A DNA stretch of 64,000 bases from Opitutia bacterium Tous-C1TDCM (GCA_002288455.1 NEUS01000005.1:6-64005), one strand, 5' to 3'; positions 28,843-38,850 are shown, counted from the stretch's first letter. The notes: generated from the sequence alone by a model not told the origin. Translations and numbers: made by a program.

Positions 28843-30150
28843 TCAGAGGGCAATCCGGATCCCTTTGCGGAGATAGGTCGGTACATCGAGATCCTGGCCG
28901 TCGAACAAGTTGCGGTCGGTCTTTTCGAAATGGCCGCGCGTTTCGACTTCGCCGAAACCGAACTCCTCCTGTGCGGTGCCGAGGTTGGCGCCCTTGCCCT
29001 CCGAGGGAGCAAGCAATTCCGGCAACGCGGGATCGCCGGAGGGGCGTCGATTGCCGAGGGCCGGAGAGGCGGAGGGCGCAACCGCGGGGGATTCCGCCGG
29101 AGCATTGCTTCCGGCCGGCAAGCGGCCGCGAGCGGGAGCCGCCGACGACCGCCGGGACGGGACACCGCGGCCGCCGATGTCGCTGGTGCCGATGACGCAG
29201 ACTTCGACTTTGCCCGCCAGATCCTCGTCGATCACGGCGCCCATGATGATATGGGAATCACGGCCGAATTGGTCGGTGATCGAGGTCATGAGTTCGTTGA
29301 CTTTCGGAAGCGTCAGATCCGCCCCGCCGATGATGTTGACCAACAGCCGATCGGCCCGGCGGGCAAATTCCGGCGTGTGCAGCAACGGGCAAAGTTTCAA
29401 ACTTGCGACCGCATCGCCGACCGCGTTTTCACCTTGCCCGGAGCCGAGACCGAACAGGGTCTTGCCGCCGCGCTGATGGAAGGCCTGGCGCAGGGTCGCG
29501 AAATCCAAGTTGATCAAGCCGGTCTTGAACAGCATCGACCAGATGGATTTCACGCCGCGGCCGATCCATTCGTCGGCGCGCGAAAACGAATCCAGCACGC
29601 TTTCGTTTTCGGCTCCGGCCTGCAGCAGAATATCGTTCGGGAGCGGGATCACGGCGTCGCAGGCCTGCCGCAACGCGCGCAGGCCTTCCTCGGCTTGTTT
29701 GAGGCGCCGGCCCCCTTCGAAACTGAACGGCATGGTCACGAACGCGATCACCAGGGCGCCGGTCTCGGCGGCAATCTCGGCCACGACCGGGGAGGCGCCG
29801 CTCCCCGTGCCGCCGCCCATGCCGGTGACGAGAAACACGAGGTCGCAATCCTTCACGACCGCGGCGATTTTTTCGCGGTCGGCTTCGGCGGCCTCACGGC
29901 CAAGGTCGGGGTCGCCACCGGCCCCGAGACCGCGCGTGACGCCCATGCCGATGAGAACCTTGTCCTGGACGGGCGAACTGGAAAGCGCCTGATAGTCGGT
30001 GTTGATCACCGCCATCTGCAATCGCTCGAGATTCTCCATCTTGAGGCGGTCGACCGCGTTGGACCCGGCACCGCCGACGCCGACCAGCTTGATCGCGATA
30101 TTGCGGTCGGTGAGGAGGCCGTGTTCGAGGGGAAGTTCGTTGAGATTCAT
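28843..30150 (-). CDS. ftsZ: Cell division protein FtsZ (atypical T7 loop)
   Basis: GVGGAGSNAV, NTD, GMGGGTGSG, PFSFEG, C-terminal DLDVPTYLRK; T7 loop reads NLDFAT. Confidence 0.96.
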   Translation of the reverse strand: MNLNELPLEHGLLTDRNIAIKLVGVGGAGSNAVDRLKMENLERLQMAVINTDYQALSSSPVQDKVLIGMGVTRGLGAGGDPDLGREAAEADREKIAAVVKDCDLVFLVTGMGGGTGSGASPVVAEIAAETGALVIAFVTMPFSFEGGRRLKQAEEGLRALRQACDAVIPLPNDILLQAGAENESVLDSFSRADEWIGRGVKSIWSMLFKTGLINLDFATLRQAFHQRGGKTLFGLGSGQGENAVGDAVASLKLCPLLHTPEFARRADRLLVNIIGGADLTLPKVNELMTSITDQFGRDSHIIMGAVIDEDLAGKVEVCVIGTSDIGGRGVPSRRSSAAPARGRLPAGSNAPAESPAVAPSASPALGNRRPSGDPALPELLAPSEGKGANLGTAQEEFGFGEVETRGHFEKTDRNLFDGQDLDVPTYLRKGIRIAL

Positions 30151-30162
30151 GCAGCGCCGGGC

Positions 30163-31374
30163 TCAGGAGTTGGCAAAAAGACGTTTCACACCGCTGAAAA
30201 AACCGCCGCGGCGACCGGGGCCGGGCTTTTCCGCCTGCGCACTGACGCCGTAGTAGAGCAGTCCGAGGGCGGTGTGGTATCCGGGGTCGCGCATGTTCTC
30301 GTTCACCCAAGACGGCGCCTCGCCGAGGTGGGCCGGGACGCCGAAGACCTTCGCCGCGGCTTCGGCCAAGCCGGGCAACTTCGCGGTTCCCCCCGTGAGC
30401 ACCACCCCGGCGGCGCAGGTATCCGGGGTGAAAGCGTTGCCGAGTTTCTTTTTCACGACCTCGAGCAATTCCCAGGTGCGGGCGCAGGTGATCTGCTCGA
30501 TCGCCTGCTGGGAAAACTGGCGGTCGCCGATCGCAAAGTTGCCGTCGAGCCAGACCTTTTGGGCTTTGTCTTTGGTAACGACACTGGCGCGGCCGAAACG
30601 GAGTTTGAGTTTCTCGGCCTGGCCTTCGGTGAGCCGCAGACCGATGCTCAGATCGTTCGTCAGATGGGTCCCGCCGACCGGGACGACGCCGGTCGTGTGG
30701 GGAGCGCCGTCGCGGTACAGCACAAAGTCCGTCGTGCCGGCGCCAAGATCGATCGCGAGCACGCCGTGCTGCCGCTCCTCGGCGCTCGTGACCATGTGGC
30801 CGGAAGCGAGGCCCGACAGCACAAGTTCACGCACCTCAAGGTTGAAGCCGCGGATCACGTGGATGTTGTCGGCGAGGCGCTGCTCCTGGCCGTGGACGGT
30901 CCAGTAACCGACATCGAGCCGTTGGCCGACGAGGTTTTCCGGGCTGCCCGGCACGAGCCGGCCGTCGACGCGGAACGGCCGGCGGATATGGTGCACCACG
31001 ACGCGCCCGGCCGGCAGCTGTTTGGCTTTGGCGAGGTCGCAGACGGTCTGCACATCGCCGGGTTCGATCATGTTGTCGGAGGCCTTAACGTTCACCGCGG
31101 CTTCGTTGTAGAAGCCCTCGAGGTGCCCGCCAGTCTGGGCGAGAAAGACCGTATCGATCCGCTCGCCGGCGTCGCGTTCGGCCTGCTGGAGGGCCGTGTG
31201 GGTGGATTCGCTCGCGGCCTTGTAGTCGACCACGGTGCCCTTGATCACGCCGCGCGACGAACATTCGCCGCGGCCGATGATCGCAAGTTCCCGGCCGGTG
31301 TATTCGCCGACGAGAACGCTGATTTTCGAGGTGCCGATTTCGACGGCGCCGATGAAGGTGGTACGGGAGCTCAC
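30163..31374 (-). CDS. ftsA: Cell division protein FtsA
   Basis: EIGTSK, DLGAGTTD, AEKLK, LTGG, C-terminal amphipathic FFSGVKRLF; GTG 31374. Confidence 0.94.
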   Translation of the reverse strand: MSSRTTFIGAVEIGTSKISVLVGEYTGRELAIIGRGECSSRGVIKGTVVDYKAASESTHTALQQAERDAGERIDTVFLAQTGGHLEGFYNEAAVNVKASDNMIEPGDVQTVCDLAKAKQLPAGRVVVHHIRRPFRVDGRLVPGSPENLVGQRLDVGYWTVHGQEQRLADNIHVIRGFNLEVRELVLSGLASGHMVTSAEERQHGVLAIDLGAGTTDFVLYRDGAPHTTGVVPVGGTHLTNDLSIGLRLTEGQAEKLKLRFGRASVVTKDKAQKVWLDGNFAIGDRQFSQQAIEQITCARTWELLEVVKKKLGNAFTPDTCAAGVVLTGGTAKLPGLAEAAAKVFGVPAHLGEAPSWVNENMRDPGYHTALGLLYYGVSAQAEKPGPGRRGGFFSGVKRLFANS

Positions 31375-31375
31375 G

Positions 31376-32359
31376 TTAGTGCTTCGGCTGGGAGGAAGGA
31401 GAGACGTTGAAACCGGGGGAAAGCGACGGTGCGGTCGCGCGGGCATCGGCCCCGGGCGCCAGCGGCGCGAACGCCACCGGCACTTCGCGGCCGAGGGTGA
31501 AATCGATCCGCACGCGGACGGGCGGGAAATTCGCGGCGAGGTAATCGCGCATGTAGTCGAGCTTGGCCAGCTGCGGGAAAAAGTCGGACCGCGTCGAAAA
31601 CACGACGGTCGAACCCGCCCGGGTGACGACCTCGATCTCGCGGTCGGATTCCAGCCGGGCCAACGAGACGACGCTCCATTCGGCGTACAGGTGCCCGGCC
31701 TCGTATTGCGCGCGGGCGAGCAGGTCGGAGACCACGTCCATGCCGCGGATCGGCCGGAAGCCCGCACCCGCGCGGACCAGCGCGAAGCCGTCGAGCCAAG
31801 GCAGCGAGTCGAGCAGCGCCTCGTCGTAACCTGATCCCGGATACACCACGCCGTCGCGGGCGACGAGAAACATGCGTTCGGCCGCGCCGGGCGCCGCGGC
31901 CCGCACGCGGGCCACCGGACTCCGCTCCGCGATCTGCGCGACGAGGCGGTCGGGGAAGTGGCGGGTAAGATTGGCGGACTGCACCTGGCCTTCGGCGAGC
32001 AGCCTTTCCTTCAACCGGTCGAGATCGAGCTCCATCAACGCGGCCCCGGCGGGAAGAGCCAGCGTGCGGCGCAACCAGCCGGAATCGAGCACGCCGCCGC
32101 CGGCGGTCCGCAACTCGAGGTGTTTCACCGGCACGGCCTTGGCGGCCGCGGGCATCGCCCGGGAGTTCTCGCCCAGGGCCGCGGCCACCCGCCAGGCGCC
32201 CCACAGCGCGGTGCCCCCGAGCGCCACGGCGCTGCCCGTGCGCACCAGCGCCATCGCCAGCCGCCAGCGGCCGCCGCGCGACATGGCGCGCGGCTTCAAC
32301 GGCTGCGGAATATCGCGCCAGGTGCGGGAGGCGGAAGCGTTGGCGGCGGGAGTCGTCAC
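31376..32359 (-). CDS. ftsQ: Cell division protein FtsQ/DivIB
   Basis: TM helix then POTRA-like LMELDL..LKERL...V.SANLTRHFPDRL...IAERSPVA; lies between ddl and ftsA. Confidence 0.88.
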   Translation of the reverse strand: MTTPAANASASRTWRDIPQPLKPRAMSRGGRWRLAMALVRTGSAVALGGTALWGAWRVAAALGENSRAMPAAAKAVPVKHLELRTAGGGVLDSGWLRRTLALPAGAALMELDLDRLKERLLAEGQVQSANLTRHFPDRLVAQIAERSPVARVRAAAPGAAERMFLVARDGVVYPGSGYDEALLDSLPWLDGFALVRAGAGFRPIRGMDVVSDLLARAQYEAGHLYAEWSVVSLARLESDREIEVVTRAGSTVVFSTRSDFFPQLAKLDYMRDYLAANFPPVRVRIDFTLGREVPVAFAPLAPGADARATAPSLSPGFNVSPSSQPKH

Positions 32360-33291
32360 GGTCGGGCGGCCGCCGCTTGGAAACGTTGCAACGCCGGCGA
32401 AACCAATTCGCGGACCAGCGCCGTGAAATCCAGGCCCGTGCAGCGCGCACTCATCGGCAGCAGACTGGTTTCCTTCATGCCGGGCAGGGTGTTGATCTCC
32501 AGCAGATACAAGGTGCCGTCGCCCGCCAAAATGAAATCGACGCGGGCGTAGTCGCGGCAGCCGCAGGCCGCGAACGCGGTCTCGGCGGCCGTGCGGACCG
32601 CCGCGGTCTGTGTCCCCTCGAGCGGGGCGGGGGCAAAGTACTCGGTCAGCCCTTTGGTGTACTTGCTCGTGTAATCGTAGACGCCGGACTTGGGCCGGAT
32701 CTCGACGACGCCCAGGGCCTGCCCGCGCAACACGCCGACCGAAAGTTCGCGGCCGACAATCCGGCGCTCGATCAGCCAGCTGCCGGCGGAGATGGCGCCG
32801 AGTTTGGCGGCCAGTTCGTCGCGGCTTGAAGTCAGGGCGAGACCCACGCTGCTGCCTTCGGCGTTGGGCTTCACCACCACGCTTTCCCCGAGGCGGGCGA
32901 TCACCTCGGCCGCGCCGGGCTTGGCGTCGGCCGCAAAGGCCAGACCCGGCACCACTTGGACGCCGCGGGCGGCGGCGGCGGCCTTGGTCCGCGTTTTGTC
33001 CATCGTGAGTTCGCTGCCGGCGGCGTCGCACCCCGCGTAATGGATGCCCGCGGCGTCGAGGAGCCGCTGCATGCCGCCATCTTCGCCGAAGGTGCCGTGC
33101 AAGGTGGAGAACACGACATGGCGGCGCGGATCGACCCCGGCCGGAACCGCCGGCGCATCCACTTCGAAAAGCCGGACGGGAAACGACCGCGCCAGAGCCA
33201 GCGCGGAAGCCCGGCCGGAACCGAGGGAAACGTCGCGCTCCGCGGAAACCCCGCCGGCCAACACCGCGATCACAGGCTGGTTGATACTCAT
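32356..33291 (-). CDS. ddl: D-alanine--D-alanine ligase
   Basis: GGVSAERDVSL, LHGTFGEDG, EGSSVG, YDY.SKY, RVDF, EINTLPG. Confidence 0.96.
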   Translation of the reverse strand: MSINQPVIAVLAGGVSAERDVSLGSGRASALALARSFPVRLFEVDAPAVPAGVDPRRHVVFSTLHGTFGEDGGMQRLLDAAGIHYAGCDAAGSELTMDKTRTKAAAAARGVQVVPGLAFAADAKPGAAEVIARLGESVVVKPNAEGSSVGLALTSSRDELAAKLGAISAGSWLIERRIVGRELSVGVLRGQALGVVEIRPKSGVYDYTSKYTKGLTEYFAPAPLEGTQTAAVRTAAETAFAACGCRDYARVDFILAGDGTLYLLEINTLPGMKETSLLPMSARCTGLDFTALVRELVSPALQRFQAAAARP

Positions 33292-34265
33292 AAAACGTCC
33301 TCCCAACGCCGGCCGTAGAGCAGGACCTCGGGCTGGAGATCGACCCCTTTTGCTTCCCGCACGCGGGCCCGGACCCGGCGGACCAGCGCCAGCACCTCGG
33401 CCCCCGTGGCCCCGCCGCGGTTGATGATGAAATTCGCGTGCACGCGGGAAACTTCCGCCTCCCCTACCCGCTCACCCTTCAGTCCGCACTCGTCGATCAG
33501 CCGGCCGGCCGACGTCCCCGGCGGGTTTTTGAAGATACACCCGGCGCTGGCTTCGCGGGGCTGGGATTCCTGGCGCTTGCGCCGGTACGCCGCGATTTGG
33601 TCTCCGATCGCCGCCGCCGCCGCCAGCGAGGCGGGACGCAGCAACGCCCCGAGCGCAAAGGCCCGCTGGAGTTCTTCGCAATGGCGGTAGTCGACATGCA
33701 GTTCGGCTTTGGCCACGCGCCGGATCTCGCCCTCGGGAGTCATCAGCTCCACCGCCTCGACGACATCGAACATCCAACTGCCCATCGCCCCGGCGTTCAT
33801 GCGCAGGGCGCCGCCGACCGCGCCGGGAATTCCCTCCAGAAACTCGAAGCCCGCCAAGCCGGCCTGGGTTGCGAGCCCGCAGAGATTTTTCAGCCGCAAG
33901 CCGGCTCCGACCCAAAGCTTGCCGTCGGGCAACGGTTCGAACCGCGCCCAAAATTCGTGCGCCAACGCGATCACCAGTCCGTCGACGCCTTCGTCGGGCA
34001 CCACCAGATTGGAACCGCGCCCGAGCGCGAATACGTCGAGGCCGCGCGCCTGCGCCGTCCGCAGCAAGGACCGGAGATCGGCCGCCGAGGCCGGTTCGGC
34101 GTAGAGCCGGGCGGCGCCGCCAACGCGCAAGGTGGTCTTGGCCGCCAACGGTTCCTCCCGCACGAGCCGGGTCGCCGCACCGACACCGGCACCGAGCGCG
34201 GCCGCGTGCGCCGCCCAATCGCGGGCGGCGGCGGCAACGGCGGGAAGCGGATGCAATTCGGTCAT
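33288..34265 (-). CDS. murB: UDP-N-acetylenolpyruvoylglucosamine reductase
   Basis: TTLRVGG, GRGSN, GIPGAVGGALRMNAGA, SAGCIFKNP, HANF, PEV. Confidence 0.95.
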   Translation of the reverse strand: MTELHPLPAVAAAARDWAAHAAALGAGVGAATRLVREEPLAAKTTLRVGGAARLYAEPASAADLRSLLRTAQARGLDVFALGRGSNLVVPDEGVDGLVIALAHEFWARFEPLPDGKLWVGAGLRLKNLCGLATQAGLAGFEFLEGIPGAVGGALRMNAGAMGSWMFDVVEAVELMTPEGEIRRVAKAELHVDYRHCEELQRAFALGALLRPASLAAAAAIGDQIAAYRRKRQESQPREASAGCIFKNPPGTSAGRLIDECGLKGERVGEAEVSRVHANFIINRGGATGAEVLALVRRVRARVREAKGVDLQPEVLLYGRRWEDVL

Positions 34266-34275
34266 GGGACGAAAA

Positions 34276-35403
34276 TCAGGCGATCACCAGCGTACCTTCG
34301 CCGCGCCCCGGACGGGGACGACGGGCCAGGTGCTCGAGATCGACGAGCATGAGTTCGAGGGAATTGGCGCGATCCATCCGGCGCAGATTTTCGCGGTGGA
34401 TTCTGAGGGCCGCTCCGTGGCGCAGCAGCGCCAGCACCTGCGGCAGGAGGCGGTCGAGTTCCGTCTGCGGCACGACGGTGCCCCCGCCCTCGCGGGCGAA
34501 GTAGTCGGCGTTGGCCCGCTGGTGATCGTCCGCCGCCTGGGGATACGGCACCAGCACGGCGGGAGTTTCGCAGCGGATCAATTCCGCCAAAGTGCCGGCC
34601 CCGGCGCGCGACACCACCAGATCGGCGGCGGACATCAGCTCCGCCATGCGGTCGCTGAACGCGAGGAAGCGGGCCGTCACCGGCCGGCCGGCCGGCCCCG
34701 GATGGGCCAACGTTTCCTCCTCACCTTTGCCGAGGCCGGTCACGACGCAAAGCTGGGTTCCGGCCGCCGCCAGTGCCGGCGCCGCGGAGCGCGCCCACTG
34801 GTTGAGCGCGGTCGCACCTTGGCTGCCGCCGAGCAGCACGAGCAGCGGCAGGTCGGGATCGAAGCCCAGGGCCGCCCGGGCGGTCCCGGCAGGCACGCGC
34901 ACGATCTCGCTCCGCACGGGCAAGCCGACATGGCGGACGACCGCGTTCCCGATGCCGGGCAACCGGATGCCGGGCGGCAAATACAACCGGTCCGCAAACC
35001 GGCCGAGCGTCCGCACCGCCCGGCCGGGCACGCGGTTCGATTCGTGCAAGGCGGACGGAATTCCGAGTACGCCGGCGGCCAGCATCACCGGGGCCGAGGT
35101 GAAGCCGCCGAAGCCGACAATACTCTCGGGCCGGAAGCGCCGCATCAAACGGAGGCAAAACTGCACCGCCTGGGTCTGGGAAACGGCAAAACGCGCCAAG
35201 CCCGCGGGCCGCCACGACAGGCCCGTTCCCGGCATGCGCTCGAAGCGGAGGTGCGGATATTTCCCGGCCAGGCGGGTATCGACCGCTTTGCGCGAAATCA
35301 GGAGCACCGTTTCGTGGCCGCGCGCCTGCAATCCCTCCGCGAGGGAAATTCCCGGCGAGAGATGGCCGCCCGTGCCGCCGCAGGTGATGAGGAAGCGGCT
35401 CAT
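34276..35403 (-). CDS. murG: MurG GlcNAc transferase
   Basis: GGTGGH, HESN..PG, GGSQGA, SRAGAGTLAE, QRANA; ATG 35403. Confidence 0.95.
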   Translation of the reverse strand: MSRFLITCGGTGGHLSPGISLAEGLQARGHETVLLISRKAVDTRLAGKYPHLRFERMPGTGLSWRPAGLARFAVSQTQAVQFCLRLMRRFRPESIVGFGGFTSAPVMLAAGVLGIPSALHESNRVPGRAVRTLGRFADRLYLPPGIRLPGIGNAVVRHVGLPVRSEIVRVPAGTARAALGFDPDLPLLVLLGGSQGATALNQWARSAAPALAAAGTQLCVVTGLGKGEEETLAHPGPAGRPVTARFLAFSDRMAELMSAADLVVSRAGAGTLAELIRCETPAVLVPYPQAADDHQRANADYFAREGGGTVVPQTELDRLLPQVLALLRHGAALRIHRENLRRMDRANSLELMLVDLEHLARRPRPGRGEGTLVIA

Positions 35404-36545
35404 GCCAGCACCTCCCGCATCGTCCGCACTTCCTCGCGCATCGTCGCGCGGCCCCAGGTGCGGTGGGTGTTCCAGATCACGCCGAGCAAAATCCCCATGA
35501 GGAGGAGATTGGAAATCCCGGCGCTGATAAACGGAAGCGACATGCCCTTGGTCGGAAAGATGCCCGTGACGACGCCGATGTTGATGACGGCCTGGATGGT
35601 GATCAGCAGCACGCAGCCGGCCACGAGCAGGAAGTGGAACAGGTTCGGCGCCCGCCGGAGGTGCAGCAGACCGCAGATGAAAATGACGGCGAAAAGGCCG
35701 ACAATCCCGAGGGTGAACCACATCCCGAGTTCCTCGCCCACGACGGAAAAGATAAAGTCCGTGTGCGCTTCCGGCAGATAACTGAGTTGCTGCCGGCCTT
35801 GCCCGAGCCCCGTGCCCTCCATGCCGCCGGCGGCGTAGGCGGCGAGCGCCTGGCGCAGCTGGTGGGATTTCTCTTCGCTGAGAAACTCCATCATCCGCCG
35901 CAACCGGTTGGGGTTGTTCATCACCAGCACGGCAAACGCGCCCGTGACCGCCGCAACCGTCGGCACGATGTAACGCCAGCGGGCGCCCGCGAGGAACATG
36001 AGGACCAGGCCGACGGCGACGAGGAGCGCCGCGGCGCCGAAATCGGGTTCCAGCACCACGAGAATGGCGAAGGCCCCGATGATGCCCAACGGAGCCAGGT
36101 AGCCCCGCACAAATTCCGAGATGCGCGTCTGATTCAGCGCGAGAAAGTGCGCGAGACAGAAGACGAGCCCGAACTTCGCGAATTCCGAAATCTGCAACCG
36201 CACCGGCCCGTAGCCGAGCCAGCGGCGGCTGCCCTTTACCGAAATGCCGATCTGGGGGATGAGCACCAACAGCAGCAGCACGAGCAGCACGCCGGCAATC
36301 CACCACGCGTAGCGCCGTGCGTAGTCGAGGTTCACCCGGCTGACCACGAAACAGAGCACGCCCGCCGCCACGACGCCGACGACCTGTTTGTTGAGATAGA
36401 AATACGGTCCCTTCCAGAACCACGCGCTCGCGCTGAACAGAATCGTCAGGCCCAGAATCGCGAGGCCCACCGCCGCGACGATGATGATCGTCGCGGGACT
36501 GAGCAGCGAAGTGCCGGAAGCGGCGGAAGCGCGGGGAGCGGACAT
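35400..36545 (-). CDS. ftsW: SEDS family peptidoglycan polymerase FtsW
   Basis: GSRRW, QISEFAK, EPDFG, YLPEAHTDFIF, PTKGMSLPFISAG. Confidence 0.94.
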   Translation of the reverse strand: MSAPRASAASGTSLLSPATIIIVAAVGLAILGLTILFSASAWFWKGPYFYLNKQVVGVVAAGVLCFVVSRVNLDYARRYAWWIAGVLLVLLLLVLIPQIGISVKGSRRWLGYGPVRLQISEFAKFGLVFCLAHFLALNQTRISEFVRGYLAPLGIIGAFAILVVLEPDFGAAALLVAVGLVLMFLAGARWRYIVPTVAAVTGAFAVLVMNNPNRLRRMMEFLSEEKSHQLRQALAAYAAGGMEGTGLGQGRQQLSYLPEAHTDFIFSVVGEELGMWFTLGIVGLFAVIFICGLLHLRRAPNLFHFLLVAGCVLLITIQAVINIGVVTGIFPTKGMSLPFISAGISNLLLMGILLGVIWNTHRTWGRATMREEVRTMREVLA

Positions 36546-36559
36546 CGGCGGCGGCAAAC

Positions 36560-37468
36560 TCAGGGCGCTTTCGGCGCCGGCGTCAGGGGATTGTCCTCGA
36601 TGCGGATCACCGGCACCTGGTTCGACGGCGGCGGCGCCAGCAGCATCGGCACGGCGGGCGGGCGGGCGGCTTCGGCGGCCGACTTCGGGGCGACGGATTT
36701 CGCGGCGCCGTTCTTGGCGGCCTTCGCGGCATCGCCGCCGGGAATCACCAACTCCATCCCCGCGCGGATTTTCGCGGGATCGGAGATGTTGTTCGCGACG
36801 GCGATGTCGGGCGCTTTGACGCCGTAGAGGCGGGCGATGCCGCCGAGGGATTCACCGGACTTGACGGTGTGTTTGGTGCCGGATCCGGTCGCCCGCGCCG
36901 GGGCGGGTTCGACCGCCTTGGCCGGGGCGGCGGCACCGGTCGCGGGAGCGGCCGCCGCGGGCGCCGCGTTGCCGTTGCCCTTGCCGGGAATCAGCAGTTT
37001 TTGGCCGGGCTTCAGATTGACGCTGGCCGGCAGACTGTTGGCCGCGGCCAATTGCGACAGCGTCAGATTGTGCTTCTTCGCGATGGTCCAGAGACTGTCG
37101 CCGGACTTGACCACGTAGGTGCTGGTCGGAGTCACATCCGTCACCGGTTCCGCGACAAGCGCCCCGGCGACGGGCGAGCCCGGGCGAGTCGGCACGAAGC
37201 GCACACCGCCGGCCGCGGCCGCCGTGGCGGGAGCATCCGGGTTGAAAGCCGGAGACACCGGCGCGAACAGCGGCGCTTCGGGGGCCGCGGCCGGCGTCGC
37301 TGTCGGCGTCGGGGCGGGCAGTCTGACCGTCGGCGGCGGGGTGACGACCGTATCGGCCGGAGTCGGCGCCGGCTTCGACGTCGAGCTGCAGCCCGGATTG
37401 GCGAGAATGAGGACGAGGGCGAACAGGTGAATGCCCACAACGAGGCCGAAAATCTTCAGGATTTTCAT
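36560..37468 (-). CDS. LysM peptidoglycan-binding protein (two LysM domains, exported)
   Basis: Signal or lipobox-like LANPGC; YVVKSGDSLWTIAKKH and HTVKSGESLGGIARLYG. Confidence 0.92.
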   Translation of the reverse strand: MKILKIFGLVVGIHLFALVLILANPGCSSTSKPAPTPADTVVTPPPTVRLPAPTPTATPAAAPEAPLFAPVSPAFNPDAPATAAAAGGVRFVPTRPGSPVAGALVAEPVTDVTPTSTYVVKSGDSLWTIAKKHNLTLSQLAAANSLPASVNLKPGQKLLIPGKGNGNAAPAAAAPATGAAAPAKAVEPAPARATGSGTKHTVKSGESLGGIARLYGVKAPDIAVANNISDPAKIRAGMELVIPGGDAAKAAKNGAAKSVAPKSAAEAARPPAVPMLLAPPPSNQVPVIRIEDNPLTPAPKAP

Positions 37469-37534
37469 AATAGGGAAACGGGACGGAGGTTGGAAAACGG
37501 GGAGGTTGGACGGGCGGAGAGGAGGCGGCGGAAT

Positions 37535-37732
37535 TCAGCGGCGGGGCAGGCCCGCGGCGGCGGCCAAGCGGGAACGGCGCGCGGCCCAGGCGCGCATGAG
37601 GGCGCGGTTGCCGAGCATGGGATTCCCGCCGACGACCGGCGGCAGTCCGGCCGGGCGCGACGGCAATGCCGCTGCGGCCATGCCGGAGGTCGAAGGAAAA
37701 CGGAAACGGTCGGGACGCGCGGCAGGAGGCAT
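37535..37732 (-). pseudogene. 65-aa ORF at the usual murD position (possible murD scar)
   Basis: ATG lies 2 nt after the mraY stop. No Mur ligase motif is visible, so the call rests on position only. Confidence 0.25.
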
Positions 37733-37734
37733 GG

Positions 37735-38850
37735 TCAGCGCAATTTGAGGGTGGCGAGGCTGGCGAGCGCGCAGCCGAGGGACAGGACCCAGAAGCGCAG
37801 GACGACCTTGGTCTCGGGCCAGCCTTTCTTCTGAAAATGGTGGTGGATCGGCGCCATGAGGAAGACCCGGCGGCCTTCCCCGTAACGGCGCTTCGTGTAC
37901 TTGAACCAGCCGACCTGCGCGACGACCGAGAGCAGCTCCATCACGAACACCCCGCCGGCAATCACGAGCGTCAGCGGATGGTGGATCATGAAGGCCATCA
38001 CGCCGAGCAGGCCGCCGAGCGCGAGCGAGCCCGTGTCGCCCATGAACACTTCCGCCGGATGCGAATTGAACCAGAGGAAAGCCATGCACCCACCGATCAG
38101 CGCCCCGCAAATCACGGTGAGTTCGCCGACCTTCGGCACGTGACTCATGAGCAAATACTCCGAGTAGATCACGTTGCCGGCCACGTAGGCCATGATGCCC
38201 ATGACGAGCGCGACGGTGATGGTGCAGCCGACCGCGAGGCCATCGAGGCCGTCGGTCAGATTGATCGCGTTGCTGAAGCCGACGATCCAGAGATAGAGGA
38301 GCGTCACGAGCATCCACCAGGGCATATGCGTGACGACCGCGTGTTTCACGAACGGCACCCAGAATTCGCGGATCTCGCGCGAACTGTCGGGATGCAGGAG
38401 GAGCAGCCCGAGCGCGCCGAAGGTCGCGAACGACTGCCACGCGATTTTCTCCCACGAGGCGATGCCGTCGCGGTTCTTGTGCACGACCTTGAGGTAGTCG
38501 TCGCGGAAACCGGGTACGGTGAGCGAAGCGTAGACAAACAGACTCGTGAACACCCAGATGTTCGGCGCCGCCCAGAGAACCGCGCTGAAAAACACGGAAG
38601 CGAAGATGATCAATCCGCCCATCGTCGGCGTGTGCTTCTTGTCGAAGTACGTCGCCCCGAGGGCGCCGGTGCGGTCGTCGATGTAGCCGTGGCCGAATTT
38701 CAGCTGTTTGAATTTCCGGATCAGCAAGGGCCCGATCGCGAAGCCGATCACGAGCGCGGTCAGCGCGGCCAACGCCGTGCGCAGCGTGATGTACCGCAGC
38801 AGGCGCAACGGGCCGAAATACTCGGAATAATCTGCGAGGTAGCTCAGCAC
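37735..38850 (-). CDS. mraY: Phospho-N-acetylmuramoyl-pentapeptide transferase
   Basis: KHTPTMGG, DDYLK, NAINLTDGLDGLA, FMGDTGS, MAPIHHHF; GTG 38850. Confidence 0.96.
   Translation of the reverse strand: MLSYLADYSEYFGPLRLLRYITLRTALAALTALVIGFAIGPLLIRKFKQLKFGHGYIDDRTGALGATYFDKKHTPTMGGLIIFASVFFSAVLWAAPNIWVFTSLFVYASLTVPGFRDDYLKVVHKNRDGIASWEKIAWQSFATFGALGLLLLHPDSSREIREFWVPFVKHAVVTHMPWWMLVTLLYLWIVGFSNAINLTDGLDGLAVGCTITVALVMGIMAYVAGNVIYSEYLLMSHVPKVGELTVICGALIGGCMAFLWFNSHPAEVFMGDTGSLALGGLLGVMAFMIHHPLTLVIAGGVFVMELLSVVAQVGWFKYTKRRYGEGRRVFLMAPIHHHFQKKGWPETKVVLRFWVLSLGCALASLATLKLR

Noticed and set aside
33520-33552. MurB SAGCIFKNP (Cys for the catalytic Ser) as inactivation
   Set aside because: Cys at this position occurs in active type II MurB enzymes such as Thermus.
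36560-37468. LysM gene inside the dcw cluster as a novelty
   Set aside because: A LysM gene upstream of ftsW is a known PVC arrangement (for example in Chlamydiae).
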